Sequence record: NC_070992.1
Strand: one strand, 5' to 3'
Source: Escherichia phage Paul
Length of the DNA: 64,000 nucleotides
Shown here: positions 50,723-59,657 of the stretch, in pieces
Layout: each line of letters starts with the position of its first letter
How positions within the stretch are numbered: position 1 is the stretch's first letter
Position numbers and translations under genes: made by a program
Notes under the pieces: model-generated
What the model was told of the DNA's origin: nothing
The model's input: only the letters and a program-made list of their open reading frames with translations
The model's database searches: none

Positions 50723-50730
50723 ATTGATTC

Positions 50731-51054
50731 CTATTTAAGTTTGAGGCTAATATTAAGGTGCATACATGCCCTGTTCTGTACAGCAGCATAACTTCTACCG
50801 AGCATGTCAGCCATTCTCTGGATAGACATGAACCCAGCATTACGGATAAGGAACTGGTCTTCTTCTTTAGACCACTTAATTCGAAGTACAGCTCTTGATA
50901 TACCAAACTTGGTACAAGCTGTATTAACTGCATTCTCCGTTACATTCATAATCTGAGCAACTTCTTGAACCGAGTACTCTTTGATTAGTCTCCGAAGATT
51001 TTCAATCTGCATAGGAGTCCATATAGTTCTTCGCGCTTTCATTTTACCACCCAT
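50731..51054 (-). CDS. tandem Myb/SANT-like helix-turn-helix DNA-binding protein
   Basis: Two repeats of W(T/S)..E...L ... (I/M)A..(M/L)GRS..AV.NR typical of Myb-like domains. Confidence 0.4.
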   Translation of the reverse strand: MGGKMKARRTIWTPMQIENLRRLIKEYSVQEVAQIMNVTENAVNTACTKFGISRAVLRIKWSKEEDQFLIRNAGFMSIQRMADMLGRSYAAVQNRACMHLNISLKLK

Positions 51055-51265
51055 GTCGACTTTTGACTAATACGCCATCAATTATCAGATAGTGGGAATG
51101 GTTAATCATATCCGAAGACAAATCTCCGTGAGAACTATTCCATTTAAGGAAGTTCATGTTTTCCCAATCGACGTAGTGCTTCTTGGCCTCTTCTTCTACC
51201 TGACTAAGAGTTACCCTTCTGAAAGGATAAGGACTGTGCTTGATAAGTATTTCACATTTTGTCAT
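51044..51265 (-). CDS. hypothetical protein
   Basis: 73-aa ORF. Confidence 0.3.
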   Translation of the reverse strand: MTKCEILIKHSPYPFRRVTLSQVEEEAKKHYVDWENMNFLKWNSSHGDLSSDMINHSHYLIIDGVLVKSRHGW

Positions 51266-51317
51266 ACACCCTCCAATTAAACATTTATATAAGACTTGCT
51301 TAGATAAAGATTCAATA

Positions 51318-51345
51318 AAATAGGGGGAGGGGACGAATCCTCCCT
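51318..51345 (-). terminator. possible terminator hairpin (GGGAGG-loop-CCTCCC)
   Basis: 6-bp GC stem in the 420-bp intergenic region; trailing T-tract is weak. Confidence 0.3.
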
Positions 51346-51683
51346 TATCCTATTAGTTAATATTGCATGTAAGATCTAACAATCGGTTGCCTTTGTAGGA
51401 ATAGGCGTAAAGCCAATCCAGCACTAAACTCCCGCCCCCTTAGTGGGCTGGGTTATTAAAGGGTAACGCCCTTATGGGCTAGTTACGTGAATGTTAGTTT
51501 GATAGGAGATCTGAAGTCCTATCTCAAAGGACTCTCGTAAGAATCCTTCACGATATTACTTATTCAACCCTCGTCGGCTATCTCTCCAAGCCAACCAAGT
51601 GTAGGTTTTCAGTTCTTCAAAGTCTTCTGGAGAGAATAGATACTCTTTGAAGGTATCACCAAACCACTTTAAAAATTCTTCAG

Positions 51684-51929
51684 TCATGAGTCCTCATACT
51701 TTTTGTTAGGGAGTATAAAATCCCACAGGGCAGCCCATGCTACGAGTGCTATAAATAGTACAGCAATAATAGGCCACAAGAAAACCATAGCTGCTATCTT
51801 TCCGAGGTCTGGTTCACCATCCCAACCTCTGAAACACTGATTACCTTTAACATCTATGACCTTAATTAGAACACCTGATACCACTGACCCTATCAGGTAG
51901 GCTATTAACACACTAACAAGACTGGTCAC
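51684..51929 (-). CDS. two-TM membrane protein
   Basis: 81 aa with hydrophobic helices at about residues 3-23 and 45-68. Confidence 0.4.
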   Translation of the reverse strand: MTSLVSVLIAYLIGSVVSGVLIKVIDVKGNQCFRGWDGEPDLGKIAAMVFLWPIIAVLFIALVAWAALWDFILPNKKYEDS

Positions 51930-52086
51930 AAGGTTGATCTCCGCATGTTTTACAGATCACTGGTGAGTAACTACAGGCAGGGTATACTGACACGCCATTC
52001 CACGTCTCACACCCACAATCAGGATATGTACCGTTAGATTCCATATCATCACCGTCATCCACTTCACCGCCACCAAAACAACTCAT
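51913..52086 (-). CDS. small cysteine-rich protein (57 aa, below the track cutoff)
   Basis: ORF MSCFGGGEVDDGDDMESNGTYPDCGCETWNG...CKTCGDQPCDQSC found by eye; strong SD AAGGAG 5 nt upstream. Confidence 0.35.
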   Translation of the reverse strand: MSCFGGGEVDDGDDMESNGTYPDCGCETWNGVSVYPACSYSPVICKTCGDQPCDQSC

Positions 52087-52095
52087 ACAGGCTCC

Positions 52096-52317
52096 TTAGT
52101 AAACTAAACCTGTAGCCTTTGCATCAGGCTGAGGTACCACTTTTGTGCTAGGGCGATAGCCATCCACTGAGCCGTTCCAAAGATTGACACAGGTGATATA
52201 TCCATCGTTTATGATGTCTGTTTTAATCCAGAAGTGTTTATCATGACCAAAAATACTTCCGTTTGGCAGCGTGGACAGCTCAACGGTTTTAAGTGACTGC
52301 TTAGAGTCTAGTTTCAT
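52096..52317 (-). CDS. small-protein family B member
   Basis: MKLDSKQSLKTVELSTLPNGSIF...VNLWNG...VVPQ. Confidence 0.4.
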   Translation of the reverse strand: MKLDSKQSLKTVELSTLPNGSIFGHDKHFWIKTDIINDGYITCVNLWNGSVDGYRPSTKVVPQPDAKATGLVY

Positions 52318-52324
52318 AATAACC

Positions 52325-52573
52325 TCAATTATCGTAGCATGTATTCCAATACATGTAGTTAACGTATGTTCTCGGTTTGATTCCGTACATGATGAAGTGA
52401 GTCTTCTTAATCCTTTCCTTCAGTGTGTAGTAAAGGCCATCACTGAAGTTACCAATCTTTGCTTGGAAACGTAAAGAGCGAGCATCCATTCGAAGCATAG
52501 AGATTAGCTGTACTCTACTACCCCCAGCCATCTCTTCAAGAAGCTTCTTTGTATTCCAATAATGAGCTGTCAT
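52325..52573 (-). CDS. hypothetical protein
   Basis: 82-aa ORF. Confidence 0.3.
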   Translation of the reverse strand: MTAHYWNTKKLLEEMAGGSRVQLISMLRMDARSLRFQAKIGNFSDGLYYTLKERIKKTHFIMYGIKPRTYVNYMYWNTCYDN

Positions 52574-52574
52574 A

Positions 52575-52856
52575 TTACCACTCCTTACCAGTTGTTGTTA
52601 CAGAGCCACCACACCACTGTGCATCTGACAAGGTTTTAGTCTCCTCGTCCACTGCTGCGCCATTCAGGCATGAGATACCATTGTAACGCATATCAACTTC
52701 ACCAGAAGGAACCTTCTCACCTTTATGCCAGCGAGAAACACAAACACCTTCCACTGCTACTGCACACCACCCATTAGGACGGCTCTGTACGCAGCCTGTA
52801 AGGGCCACGCAGACAAGGAAGATACAGATTAAGGATATTACACCACCCCAACTCAT
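52575..52856 (-). CDS. cysteine-rich secreted lipoprotein
   Basis: Signal peptide with canonical lipobox LTGC (MSWGGVISLICIFLVCVALTGC); mature part has 6 further Cys. Confidence 0.5.
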   Translation of the reverse strand: MSWGGVISLICIFLVCVALTGCVQSRPNGWCAVAVEGVCVSRWHKGEKVPSGEVDMRYNGISCLNGAAVDEETKTLSDAQWCGGSVTTTGKEW

Positions 52857-52887
52857 AACTGCCTCCTAATTAATTTGGCGTCCCCTA

Positions 52888-53400
52888 CTAGGGTAGGTGA
52901 TTCCAAGTGTCACCCCTTATTGCACTACCTAGTGTCGCCCTGTTAACTCCAAACCTTCGAGACATTGCAGCAATACCAAACTCTCTGTCCCTAGGCACAT
53001 AGTTTTCTTTACAGAAATTTATTAACTCTTCTGTAAGTTTTGCATTTGGGCACTCCTCACCTTTTCTTGGCAGGATTAAACCTTCTCTAAATGCATGTTG
53101 TACGTTTCCACTAACTGTCACCCATTCTAAGTTATCCTCAAAATTATTAAACTTATCACCATCGATATGATTTACAACCGGATAGTTGTTTGGATTCTCC
53201 TTGAAAGCTTTAGCAACTAGTTGGTGAATCTTCAAACACTTGTAAACACCTTGCCTACCTCCTATCTTTGTGACATGAGACAGATATCCATTTATAGGAT
53301 TGAGTCTAAGTATTCGATTAGTCCTCTTGCTGAAAAGGCGACCTCTATTACTAATCGAAAACAACTCTTCGTAACCTACTACATCTTTCCACTCTTCCAT
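52888..53400 (-). CDS. HNH homing endonuclease (NUMOD4/HNH_3-like)
   Basis: W.DVVGYEELF.ISN.GR...NGY...HQLVAKAF...VNHIDGDKFNN..NLEWV pattern; next to the tRNA gene. Confidence 0.65.
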   Translation of the reverse strand: MEEWKDVVGYEELFSISNRGRLFSKRTNRILRLNPINGYLSHVTKIGGRQGVYKCLKIHQLVAKAFKENPNNYPVVNHIDGDKFNNFEDNLEWVTVSGNVQHAFREGLILPRKGEECPNAKLTEELINFCKENYVPRDREFGIAAMSRRFGVNRATLGSAIRGDTWNHLP

Positions 53401-53430
53401 TGAGTGATCTCCTTATTTGAGAGTACTTTA

Positions 53431-53506
53431 AGAGGACGGGGAGATTCGAACTCACCAACCTAGAATTTAGAAGATTCTTGCTCTCATCCAATTGAGCTAC
53501 GCCCTC
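53431..53506 (-). tRNA. tRNA-Arg (anticodon UCU), no encoded CCA
   Basis: Folded by hand: acceptor GAGGGCG/CGTCCTC (one G-U), D-stem GCTC/GAGC, anticodon stem AGAAT/ATTCT, loop CTTCTAA, T-loop TTCGAAT; one extra nucleotide in the variable region; 3' end followed by TTAAAG. Confidence 0.7.
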
Positions 53507-53526
53507 TTAAAGTACTCTCTGTTTAA

Positions 53527-54006
53527 CTATTCAAAAACACATTTTACACCTACAACCCCATCTCCGCAGTCGTCACAGATGTGTCGAACTAAAACCTTAT
53601 CTCTTGGTAAGCAAGATCTTAACTCTTCCAACTGATCTCTTTTAATGTTAATACTTTTAACATAAGGGTGGGTGTCGTACATGATGTTCATGATATTTTT
53701 AGGCCAGGTGTAATCTGTTGGTTCCCCACAGGTACAACACCATCTCCAATTTATTACATCAATATCTTTTAACCTCTCCTCCTCTTCTCTGACTAAGGCC
53801 TCCTGTTCCTCCAACAACCTCAGCCTTTCTTTTAGTATTTTTTGATTTCTTTCTTCCTTCCTGTTTTCATGTGCCTCTTTTTGATCTTTTATGAAAAGCC
53901 AAACTCCGACACATAAAGCAGTCCAGATTATTGCGTTGACTATAGCTATGGTTTCCTCCAGATTTAGATCATATCTCGCTTGGTGATATGACCACATGTT
54001 TTGCAC
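53527..54006 (-). CDS. membrane-anchored coiled-coil protein with C-terminal zinc ribbon
   Basis: TM segment AIIWTALCVGVWLF, Glu/Arg/Lys-rich helix, then CCTCG ... CDDCGDG cysteine pairs. Confidence 0.35.
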   Translation of the reverse strand: MQNMWSYHQARYDLNLEETIAIVNAIIWTALCVGVWLFIKDQKEAHENRKEERNQKILKERLRLLEEQEALVREEEERLKDIDVINWRWCCTCGEPTDYTWPKNIMNIMYDTHPYVKSINIKRDQLEELRSCLPRDKVLVRHICDDCGDGVVGVKCVFE

Positions 54007-54135
54007 TGCATGATGTATCGTACACCCTTATGTTTCGTACCACCATAATCATCAGTGATCTTTAGTGTATACTTCTCAAGAATTACCCAATCATGCAGAT
54101 GGAATAGACGTTTAAACCACTTGAACATACTAACC

Positions 54136-54387
54136 TCAAGCACAAGCAGGGAGTGTGATGATTTTATACTTACCTTCAAACTCTCCAAACAAACCTAAGA
54201 ATGTAGGACTGTAAGTACCAGTGCAAACAAACTCGTCAAACAATTCGTTATAGCTAGGCTTAATCTTCCAAGCCCATACATAACCCATCTTGTCAATTGC
54301 AATGTAACGAGTGTTCAGAGGAACAGTCATCATCACACCGTCAACTTCGATCACTTTAGTGATTGGTGCAGCTTGGAAGTTTTTCAT
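54136..54387 (-). CDS. hypothetical protein
   Basis: 83-aa ORF. Confidence 0.3.
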   Translation of the reverse strand: MKNFQAAPITKVIEVDGVMMTVPLNTRYIAIDKMGYVWAWKIKPSYNELFDEFVCTGTYSPTFLGLFGEFEGKYKIITLPACA

Positions 54388-54561
54388 ACTTTACCTTTGA
54401 TAAAAATATCATTACCACAAACACAGCATGAACGAACAACAGTAGCGCCACGCTGAACGATACGAACCTCTTCCTTAACCAGATTAACACGAGCACCACA
54501 GCAAGGAGAGTTAACATAAGAGTAACCAGCTTGTGTATTCTTGATTGTTTGCTTAGACATT

Positions 54562-54969
54562 TTATTCGAGATCTCTTAGTTGTTCAGCCAATTGTTCGCA
54601 CTCATTGATGCAGAACTCTTCTGTTCTTGGAACCCCATTAGGGTTGAACCGTGTCTTATCACCTGCATGGGCACAATCAAATCCGATTGCATCTAAACCA
54701 CCCATCTCTTCAAGGGCATCTTGCCATGTGACACCACCATGAACGTTCACATAACAAACAACCTTTTCCTCTCCGTTATATCCGGTGAAGTTTTTATGTT
54801 TCAAACTATCTGGTAACTCTACATACCCACATAAGTGGGAATTGTTCATGTGCATAATCACAGCACGAAGACCTGATTTAGTTTCCCAACTTTTAACTAT
54901 GCGTCTCATATAAGCACCTCTTGTTAGTTTAAGTAAGAGTTGTCCCTTAATTAAAACAACAAAGGCCAC
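54562..54969 (-). CDS. hypothetical protein
   Basis: 135-aa ORF; probable start at the internal MRRIVKSWE. Confidence 0.35.
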   Translation of the reverse strand: MAFVVLIKGQLLLKLTRGAYMRRIVKSWETKSGLRAVIMHMNNSHLCGYVELPDSLKHKNFTGYNGEEKVVCYVNVHGGVTWQDALEEMGGLDAIGFDCAHAGDKTRFNPNGVPRTEEFCINECEQLAEQLRDLE

Positions 54970-55491
54970 CCATTTGGGCAGCCTTTTATTTGTTAACTGT
55001 TATATGTCCAACTACCTTGCTTGTTACGGATGGCTGACATTGCATGAACCCAGAAGCCTTCCAGTTTCAGAGCACCGTTAGCTACTGCATCCATACGTTC
55101 AGGGCGGTTCATACGTTTGGTTGATACTTTCATACCTATCTCTCTTTGTTAGTGGAGGCATTATTGCCAGTTGACATAAGGGATAGCCCTAGTCAGTAGA
55201 CTAATCCTGACCGCGTACTCATTGCCGACCTTCTCTGCCTAAGAGTTCAGGTTCTAGAGCTATCTCTTATTCCAACTGGTGAAGACTCCCTACCCCTAGG
55301 AAGTCTCCTGAATCCCAAAACCAATATGTACCCCTACATATCAGAAAGTCTTTCGAAATTAACAGGTTTTAGTCTAACACCGGATGTTCGAGCAAGCTCT
55401 CCCTAGCGGTGTGGCATATGCCTGAATTAATAAGTTAATGAGGAACACCCTCACATAGCCCTCTGATAAACACAAGGGCTATAAGTCGGTG

Positions 55492-55740
55492 TTACTTATT
55501 GGTAATTACTGCATCGTGGATAACTGAAACAGGTAAGTTTGAATCTAGTTTCATTACTTGATTAGTGTTTAAACTAAGCACTACACAACCATTCCGAAGA
55601 TCAGTCTCTGACACATGTGGTGTATATAACTGAACGATCATGTAATAATCAATACATGTTGCCTTAACTTGGAACACATCACCAAGTTTCAAATCACCCA
55701 CACACAATTCTTTAGCTTTCATCTCAAGATCAATCTTCAT
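55492..55740 (-). CDS. small-protein family B member
   Basis: MKIDLEMKAKELCVGDLKLGDVF...VVLSLN...PVSV. Confidence 0.4.
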   Translation of the reverse strand: MKIDLEMKAKELCVGDLKLGDVFQVKATCIDYYMIVQLYTPHVSETDLRNGCVVLSLNTNQVMKLDSNLPVSVIHDAVITNK

Positions 55741-55966
55741 CTTTAGCCTCTATATTGGTTATGTGGAGATCGCTACGAACTTGGCAGACTTCGTCCCGTT
55801 TAAAAGGCATGAGCTTTCCAGTTACTACATCAACACAGTTGATATAATTATCTGCGTACAGGGTGTCGGTTCTGATGTAAAGAGAGTCTTTACGCTCAAA
55901 CAGAACTCCCGGCTTCATGTTATTTAAGCGAAGCATGGTACAATCAGATTTAATATTAACTTTCAC
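55730..55966 (-). CDS. small-protein family B member
   Basis: MKVNIKSDCTMLRLNNMKPGVLF... Confidence 0.4.
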   Translation of the reverse strand: MKVNIKSDCTMLRLNNMKPGVLFERKDSLYIRTDTLYADNYINCVDVVTGKLMPFKRDEVCQVRSDLHITNIEAKDED

Positions 55967-55968
55967 TG

Positions 55969-56250
55969 TTAATCCACCTTATTAGTAAGACGAACATTAT
56001 CTACTATCTGTACAACAGTATCTTTTCTTAACATTGTTACTTTATCTGAAGTAAGATCTACTACTACCCTTTCATCAGACTTCCAACTAGCCGAATAAAC
56101 GGTTGAGGAATCTAGCTTTACTGTAAGATATAATTTATTTTTAGGTGGCACAGTTTCAAAAACACTTCCAACCTTCAGATCTTTCAGCTGCTTAACTACA
56201 GGGGCTGTATTAATGTCATGCTTCATTGTTAATCTCCTGCTGCTTAGCAA
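55969..56250 (-). CDS. small-protein family B member
   Basis: ...VKQLKDLKVGSVFETV...VVDLTSD...VVQIV. Confidence 0.4.
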   Translation of the reverse strand: MLSSRRLTMKHDINTAPVVKQLKDLKVGSVFETVPPKNKLYLTVKLDSSTVYSASWKSDERVVVDLTSDKVTMLRKDTVVQIVDNVRLTNKVD

Positions 56251-56512
56251 TAGCTACTCTCAAGTCTTCATTAGCACGAGCAAGGCGTAATACTTCGTGG
56301 TTGAGATTCTGAAGACGCTTATTTCTGTCTTCAACTTGCAGAATAAGATCGTTAAGAGTTGCTTTAACTTTCTCATTGTACATCTCATCCACTCGGACTA
56401 GGGACTTATACATTCTCTCCCAGCTTGCTGCTTTGTTTCTAAGGATAATAAATCCTAGAACGCTGATAGTTAAACAAAGTACAAGAAGGAATTTATATAC
56501 TTCTAAAGTCAT
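56216..56512 (-). CDS. membrane-anchored coiled-coil protein
   Basis: N-terminal TM (FLLVLCLTISVLGFIIL) then a heptad-rich helix. Confidence 0.35.
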   Translation of the reverse strand: MTLEVYKFLLVLCLTISVLGFIILRNKAASWERMYKSLVRVDEMYNEKVKATLNDLILQVEDRNKRLQNLNHEVLRLARANEDLRVAIAKQQEINNEA

Positions 56513-56711
56513 ATTATTTACCCTTTATCAGAGATTAAAAGTAATATTATTTAAGTAAGTTATATTTAGTAAACTTATTTTCTAAGAAATTTTCAAAGGG
56601 TCTATATACAGAGCATTACCCATAGTCCCAGAATACTACCATCTTTTTCAATAAATTTACTAAGTGGTTGGTTTATAAAGGAATTTAGTTTGTCAAATCT
56701 GGCACTAGTGA

Positions 56712-57101
56712 TTATTCCCTAGAGCTATTATCGAACACTAAATCACCACAATACATAGGATTGGCATACCATTTTGGCACCCCTTCGCTCTTACTCTGAA
56801 AGTAAGTCCCACTATACAGCGGAACATAATTCTTCTTAAGGGCACGTTTAGCCAGCCGCTCGCTTTCTCCAATGGCCTGCTTAGTCATCGGATTTTTATC
56901 ACGAATCAGCTTTACATAACGTTTATAAGGTTTCTCCTGTTTTAATAGTACCGGAATCCACTCAAACTGGTTCTTTTGTCTTATCACCTGTTCAGCGGTC
57001 AGTTTTCGTTGGGCCATTCTATTTATCACGGTATCCGCAACTAAAGCCTTACATGCGGTTGGCTGATTCCCTGCCTCATAATAAATAGTCAATGTCAACA
57101 T
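56712..57101 (-). CDS. cell-wall hydrolase-like protein (SleB/CwlJ family)
   Basis: TIYYEAGNQ...ALVADTVINRM...QFEW resembles the Hydrolase_2 core; recalled, not searched. Confidence 0.4.
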   Translation of the reverse strand: MLTLTIYYEAGNQPTACKALVADTVINRMAQRKLTAEQVIRQKNQFEWIPVLLKQEKPYKRYVKLIRDKNPMTKQAIGESERLAKRALKKNYVPLYSGTYFQSKSEGVPKWYANPMYCGDLVFDNSSRE

Positions 57102-57150
57102 TAGCTGGGCCGTTGTTATCAGAACTTGATACCTCCTGTTTTACGGGCAT

Positions 57151-57176
57151 AAAAAAGCCCCAGCCGTAGCCGGGGC
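57151..57176 (-). terminator. intrinsic terminator (minus strand)
   Basis: Minus-strand hairpin GCCCCGGC-TACG-GCTGGGGC followed by TTTTTTATG. Confidence 0.6.
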
Positions 57177-57243
57177 AAACCTGAAAGCAACACATGACCG
57201 TTGCTATAAATACACTCGCAAATGCACTTACAGCAACGCAAAA

Positions 57244-57261
57244 AGCCGCTCAAAGGCGGCT
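57244..57261 (-). terminator. second hairpin, possible tandem terminator (minus strand)
   Basis: AGCCGC-CTTTGA-GCGGCT followed by TTTTGCG. Confidence 0.4.
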
Positions 57262-57487
57262 ATGCGGAAGCTTCAAATGGGGAGAGGGCACGACGCGACA
57301 GAAAGAGCGTCATAGTACTAAAAAGAGAGGCTATTGGAGAGGTTACTTATTGCCTTCCTTAGTGCCTTGTTTTCTTGTTTAACCAATTCGTTTTCTTCTT
57401 GCAAGGATGCTACCAGATGGACCAGAACATCAACTACTGCATCACCTTGCCGCATCTCTCTGACTTTATTTAGAATCTCTGAATAAA

Positions 57488-57931
57488 TCATTTTACCCTC
57501 GCCTCTTTGATGGGGTCGATGTATTTCTCAACGCCCCACTTGTGTTTACTATCTGCGTAGAAAACATCAGGTGCACATTGGCTTATTTTAGGGAAGGCTT
57601 GCGGGTCTTTCGTGCTCCCCTTAAACTTCTGTTTACCTCGAGTGCGACCATTACAGAAGATTTCTAACTTCTTCTCCTCTTCTGTTTTAGCTCCCCCGCT
57701 CTTTAACAAAGAACGTTTATGATCGGCTAACAATAACGCATCAGCACGGTGAACACGATGGCCTACACGTTTTGCCACACTAGAAGGAATATGGGATTCA
57801 GCTTCAGCCTTTGCAGCACGACGTTTTAAACTACGCTTACTGACGTGGTTGGTTGCCTTTGGTTTTTCTTTCTCCAGTTCAGAGATAGCAAAACAACGCC
57901 CGCCCTTCATGCTGATTTTAGATTTAGCCAC
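57488..57931 (-). CDS. basic hypothetical protein
   Basis: 147-aa Lys/Arg-rich ORF. Confidence 0.35.
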   Translation of the reverse strand: MAKSKISMKGGRCFAISELEKEKPKATNHVSKRSLKRRAAKAEAESHIPSSVAKRVGHRVHRADALLLADHKRSLLKSGGAKTEEEKKLEIFCNGRTRGKQKFKGSTKDPQAFPKISQCAPDVFYADSKHKWGVEKYIDPIKEARVK

Positions 57932-58000
57932 AATCTTATTCCTTTTAGTGATAAATTATATCGGGCAAGCCCATCAAGGCGATAGGCTTGAACAAATAAC

Positions 58001-58210
58001 TTAATCAAGTAAACTAAATGATTTCCAACTACGTAGCAGGATTGTACCATCATCCATAGTCACGCATAACTTTAGTAGTTTCTTATTGGCACTGCTTACC
58101 GTTGTAATTCGTCCGGTTGTACATTTACCTTTATTACTATAAAGATACACTACACGACGACCTAACAGACGAGAGGGCGCTTTCTTAAATTCTGAAATGT
58201 TAGTGATCAT
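58001..58210 (-). CDS. hypothetical protein
   Basis: 69-aa ORF. Confidence 0.3.
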   Translation of the reverse strand: MITNISEFKKAPSRLLGRRVVYLYSNKGKCTTGRITTVSSANKKLLKLCVTMDDGTILLRSWKSFSLLD

Positions 58211-58431
58211 AATGCTTGATACCTTTGAATGTGTTCAATACGGGTGGATTGAGCAAATGACGCTTTAACAGCCATTTTCCTAACTTCTTCTTTACGCTGG
58301 TTAGTGTGTACAGTATCCCAATGGTTGTTATCACGTTGGCGCTGTAATATCTTACTACATTTGCGATGATTTCCCGTGCTGCGATGTTTCTCACAAATAG
58401 GACACTTGCCAAAATTGCTACTGAATATCAT
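58207..58431 (-). CDS. small zinc-finger protein (possible minimal HNH-like)
   Basis: GKCPICEKHRSTGNHRKC ... HWDTVH; preferred over the overlapping alternative-frame ORF 58200..58412. Confidence 0.3.
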   Translation of the reverse strand: MIFSSNFGKCPICEKHRSTGNHRKCSKILQRQRDNNHWDTVHTNQRKEEVRKMAVKASFAQSTRIEHIQRYQAL

Positions 58432-58655
58432 TTTCTCAATCCCAACTTTCTTAAGATACGGCCTAACGTTGTTTCTTGCGTGATAATATAGCTGATCGCT
58501 TCACGTTCCAACGTTTCAATCTTCATTGGTGACGGATACCATTCACCGGTAATAACACATTTACATTCAACGCCATACTTTTTAGATAGGCGGTAATGTT
58601 GACCGTTGACAAGATTTCTATAGATCGTGGTATGCGTAATTAACATGATCGTCAC
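58428..58655 (-). CDS. hypothetical protein
   Basis: 75-aa ORF. Confidence 0.3.
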   Translation of the reverse strand: MTIMLITHTTIYRNLVNGQHYRLSKKYGVECKCVITGEWYPSPMKIETLEREAISYIITQETTLGRILRKLGLRK

Positions 58656-58757
58656 CTTTGATTAAATTCTTTGATTAATGCACTAAATCAATGCACTGAT
58701 AAAAGAAAAGGCGCTACCCATTAAGATAGCGCCTTATGTTTATTCAAATTGTCTTAC

Positions 58758-59657
58758 TTATGCTGCCTGACGTGCTGCCATAATCTCAGCCGCTTTACGC
58801 AATACTTCTTCTTCTTCTGCTTTCGCAGCTTGTTCGGTACGGGTAGCAACCGTTGAAGAGATACGACCGCGCAGGCTTTCTAACTTCTCCTGCATTTTGG
58901 CAATGGTGGATTCCATTTCATCGGCATACGAATCCAGTGATTCCAGTTCCTTGCTTGATGCGTTCATCAGATAATCATCCGAGATCGCTACCGTAGAGGC
59001 CGTGATTTTCTTGATGAGTGAGTCGAATGACTTCTTAACCTTGCCTACTTCTTCACTCAGGGCGATAGTGTTATCACTAGTAGCGCCGTTGCGCTCATCA
59101 GCCAGCAATTTGGCTTCGATACGGATTGCATTCAAGCGTTCAACTAAAGCGTAAATATCCTGATTAAAATCTTCCTTGTTTTTCGCCGGGATTTGCAGGT
59201 GTGCTGCCACGTTGTCATTGCAACCCTTGTAAAAGTTAGGATTATCGACTTCAATTTCACGGCCTAAAGCAAAGTTTTCGAAAGCGTTTGACCAGCGAGC
59301 GCGGTTTTGTTCCATTTTGGCCTTAATTTGCGCTTCTTTCGCATCTTCTTTCGCTTTCGCCTCACCTTCCAGATTAATCCACTTCTTACGACCGTTCGCC
59401 GCATCAGTGTTAAACTTGATAGGAGTTAAGAAAGTAATTGCAGTGGCAATAACATCCATATCACGGAAACGTTCAGTTAACAAGAAGTCAACCGCCGCCT
59501 GCAATACGTCCAGCTTCTTACCATTACTGCGGAAGTGCTGTAAGTGCCCTAACAGGAAGTTAGAAACATCTTGTTTGATCGCCGCGTTATTACTGCGAAT
59601 GTTGTTAGCCAGAGCATTAAAACCGGATTCGTTAACCAGAGTAAAGATTTTAGCCAT
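58758..59657 (-). CDS. hypothetical coiled-coil protein (first gene downstream of the repeat-rich region)
   Basis: Track ORF 58758..59666 (GTG); probable start is the ATG at 59657 after SD AAAGGTGA. Confidence 0.4.
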   Translation of the reverse strand: MAKIFTLVNESGFNALANNIRSNNAAIKQDVSNFLLGHLQHFRSNGKKLDVLQAAVDFLLTERFRDMDVIATAITFLTPIKFNTDAANGRKKWINLEGEAKAKEDAKEAQIKAKMEQNRARWSNAFENFALGREIEVDNPNFYKGCNDNVAAHLQIPAKNKEDFNQDIYALVERLNAIRIEAKLLADERNGATSDNTIALSEEVGKVKKSFDSLIKKITASTVAISDDYLMNASSKELESLDSYADEMESTIAKMQEKLESLRGRISSTVATRTEQAAKAEEEEVLRKAAEIMAARQAA

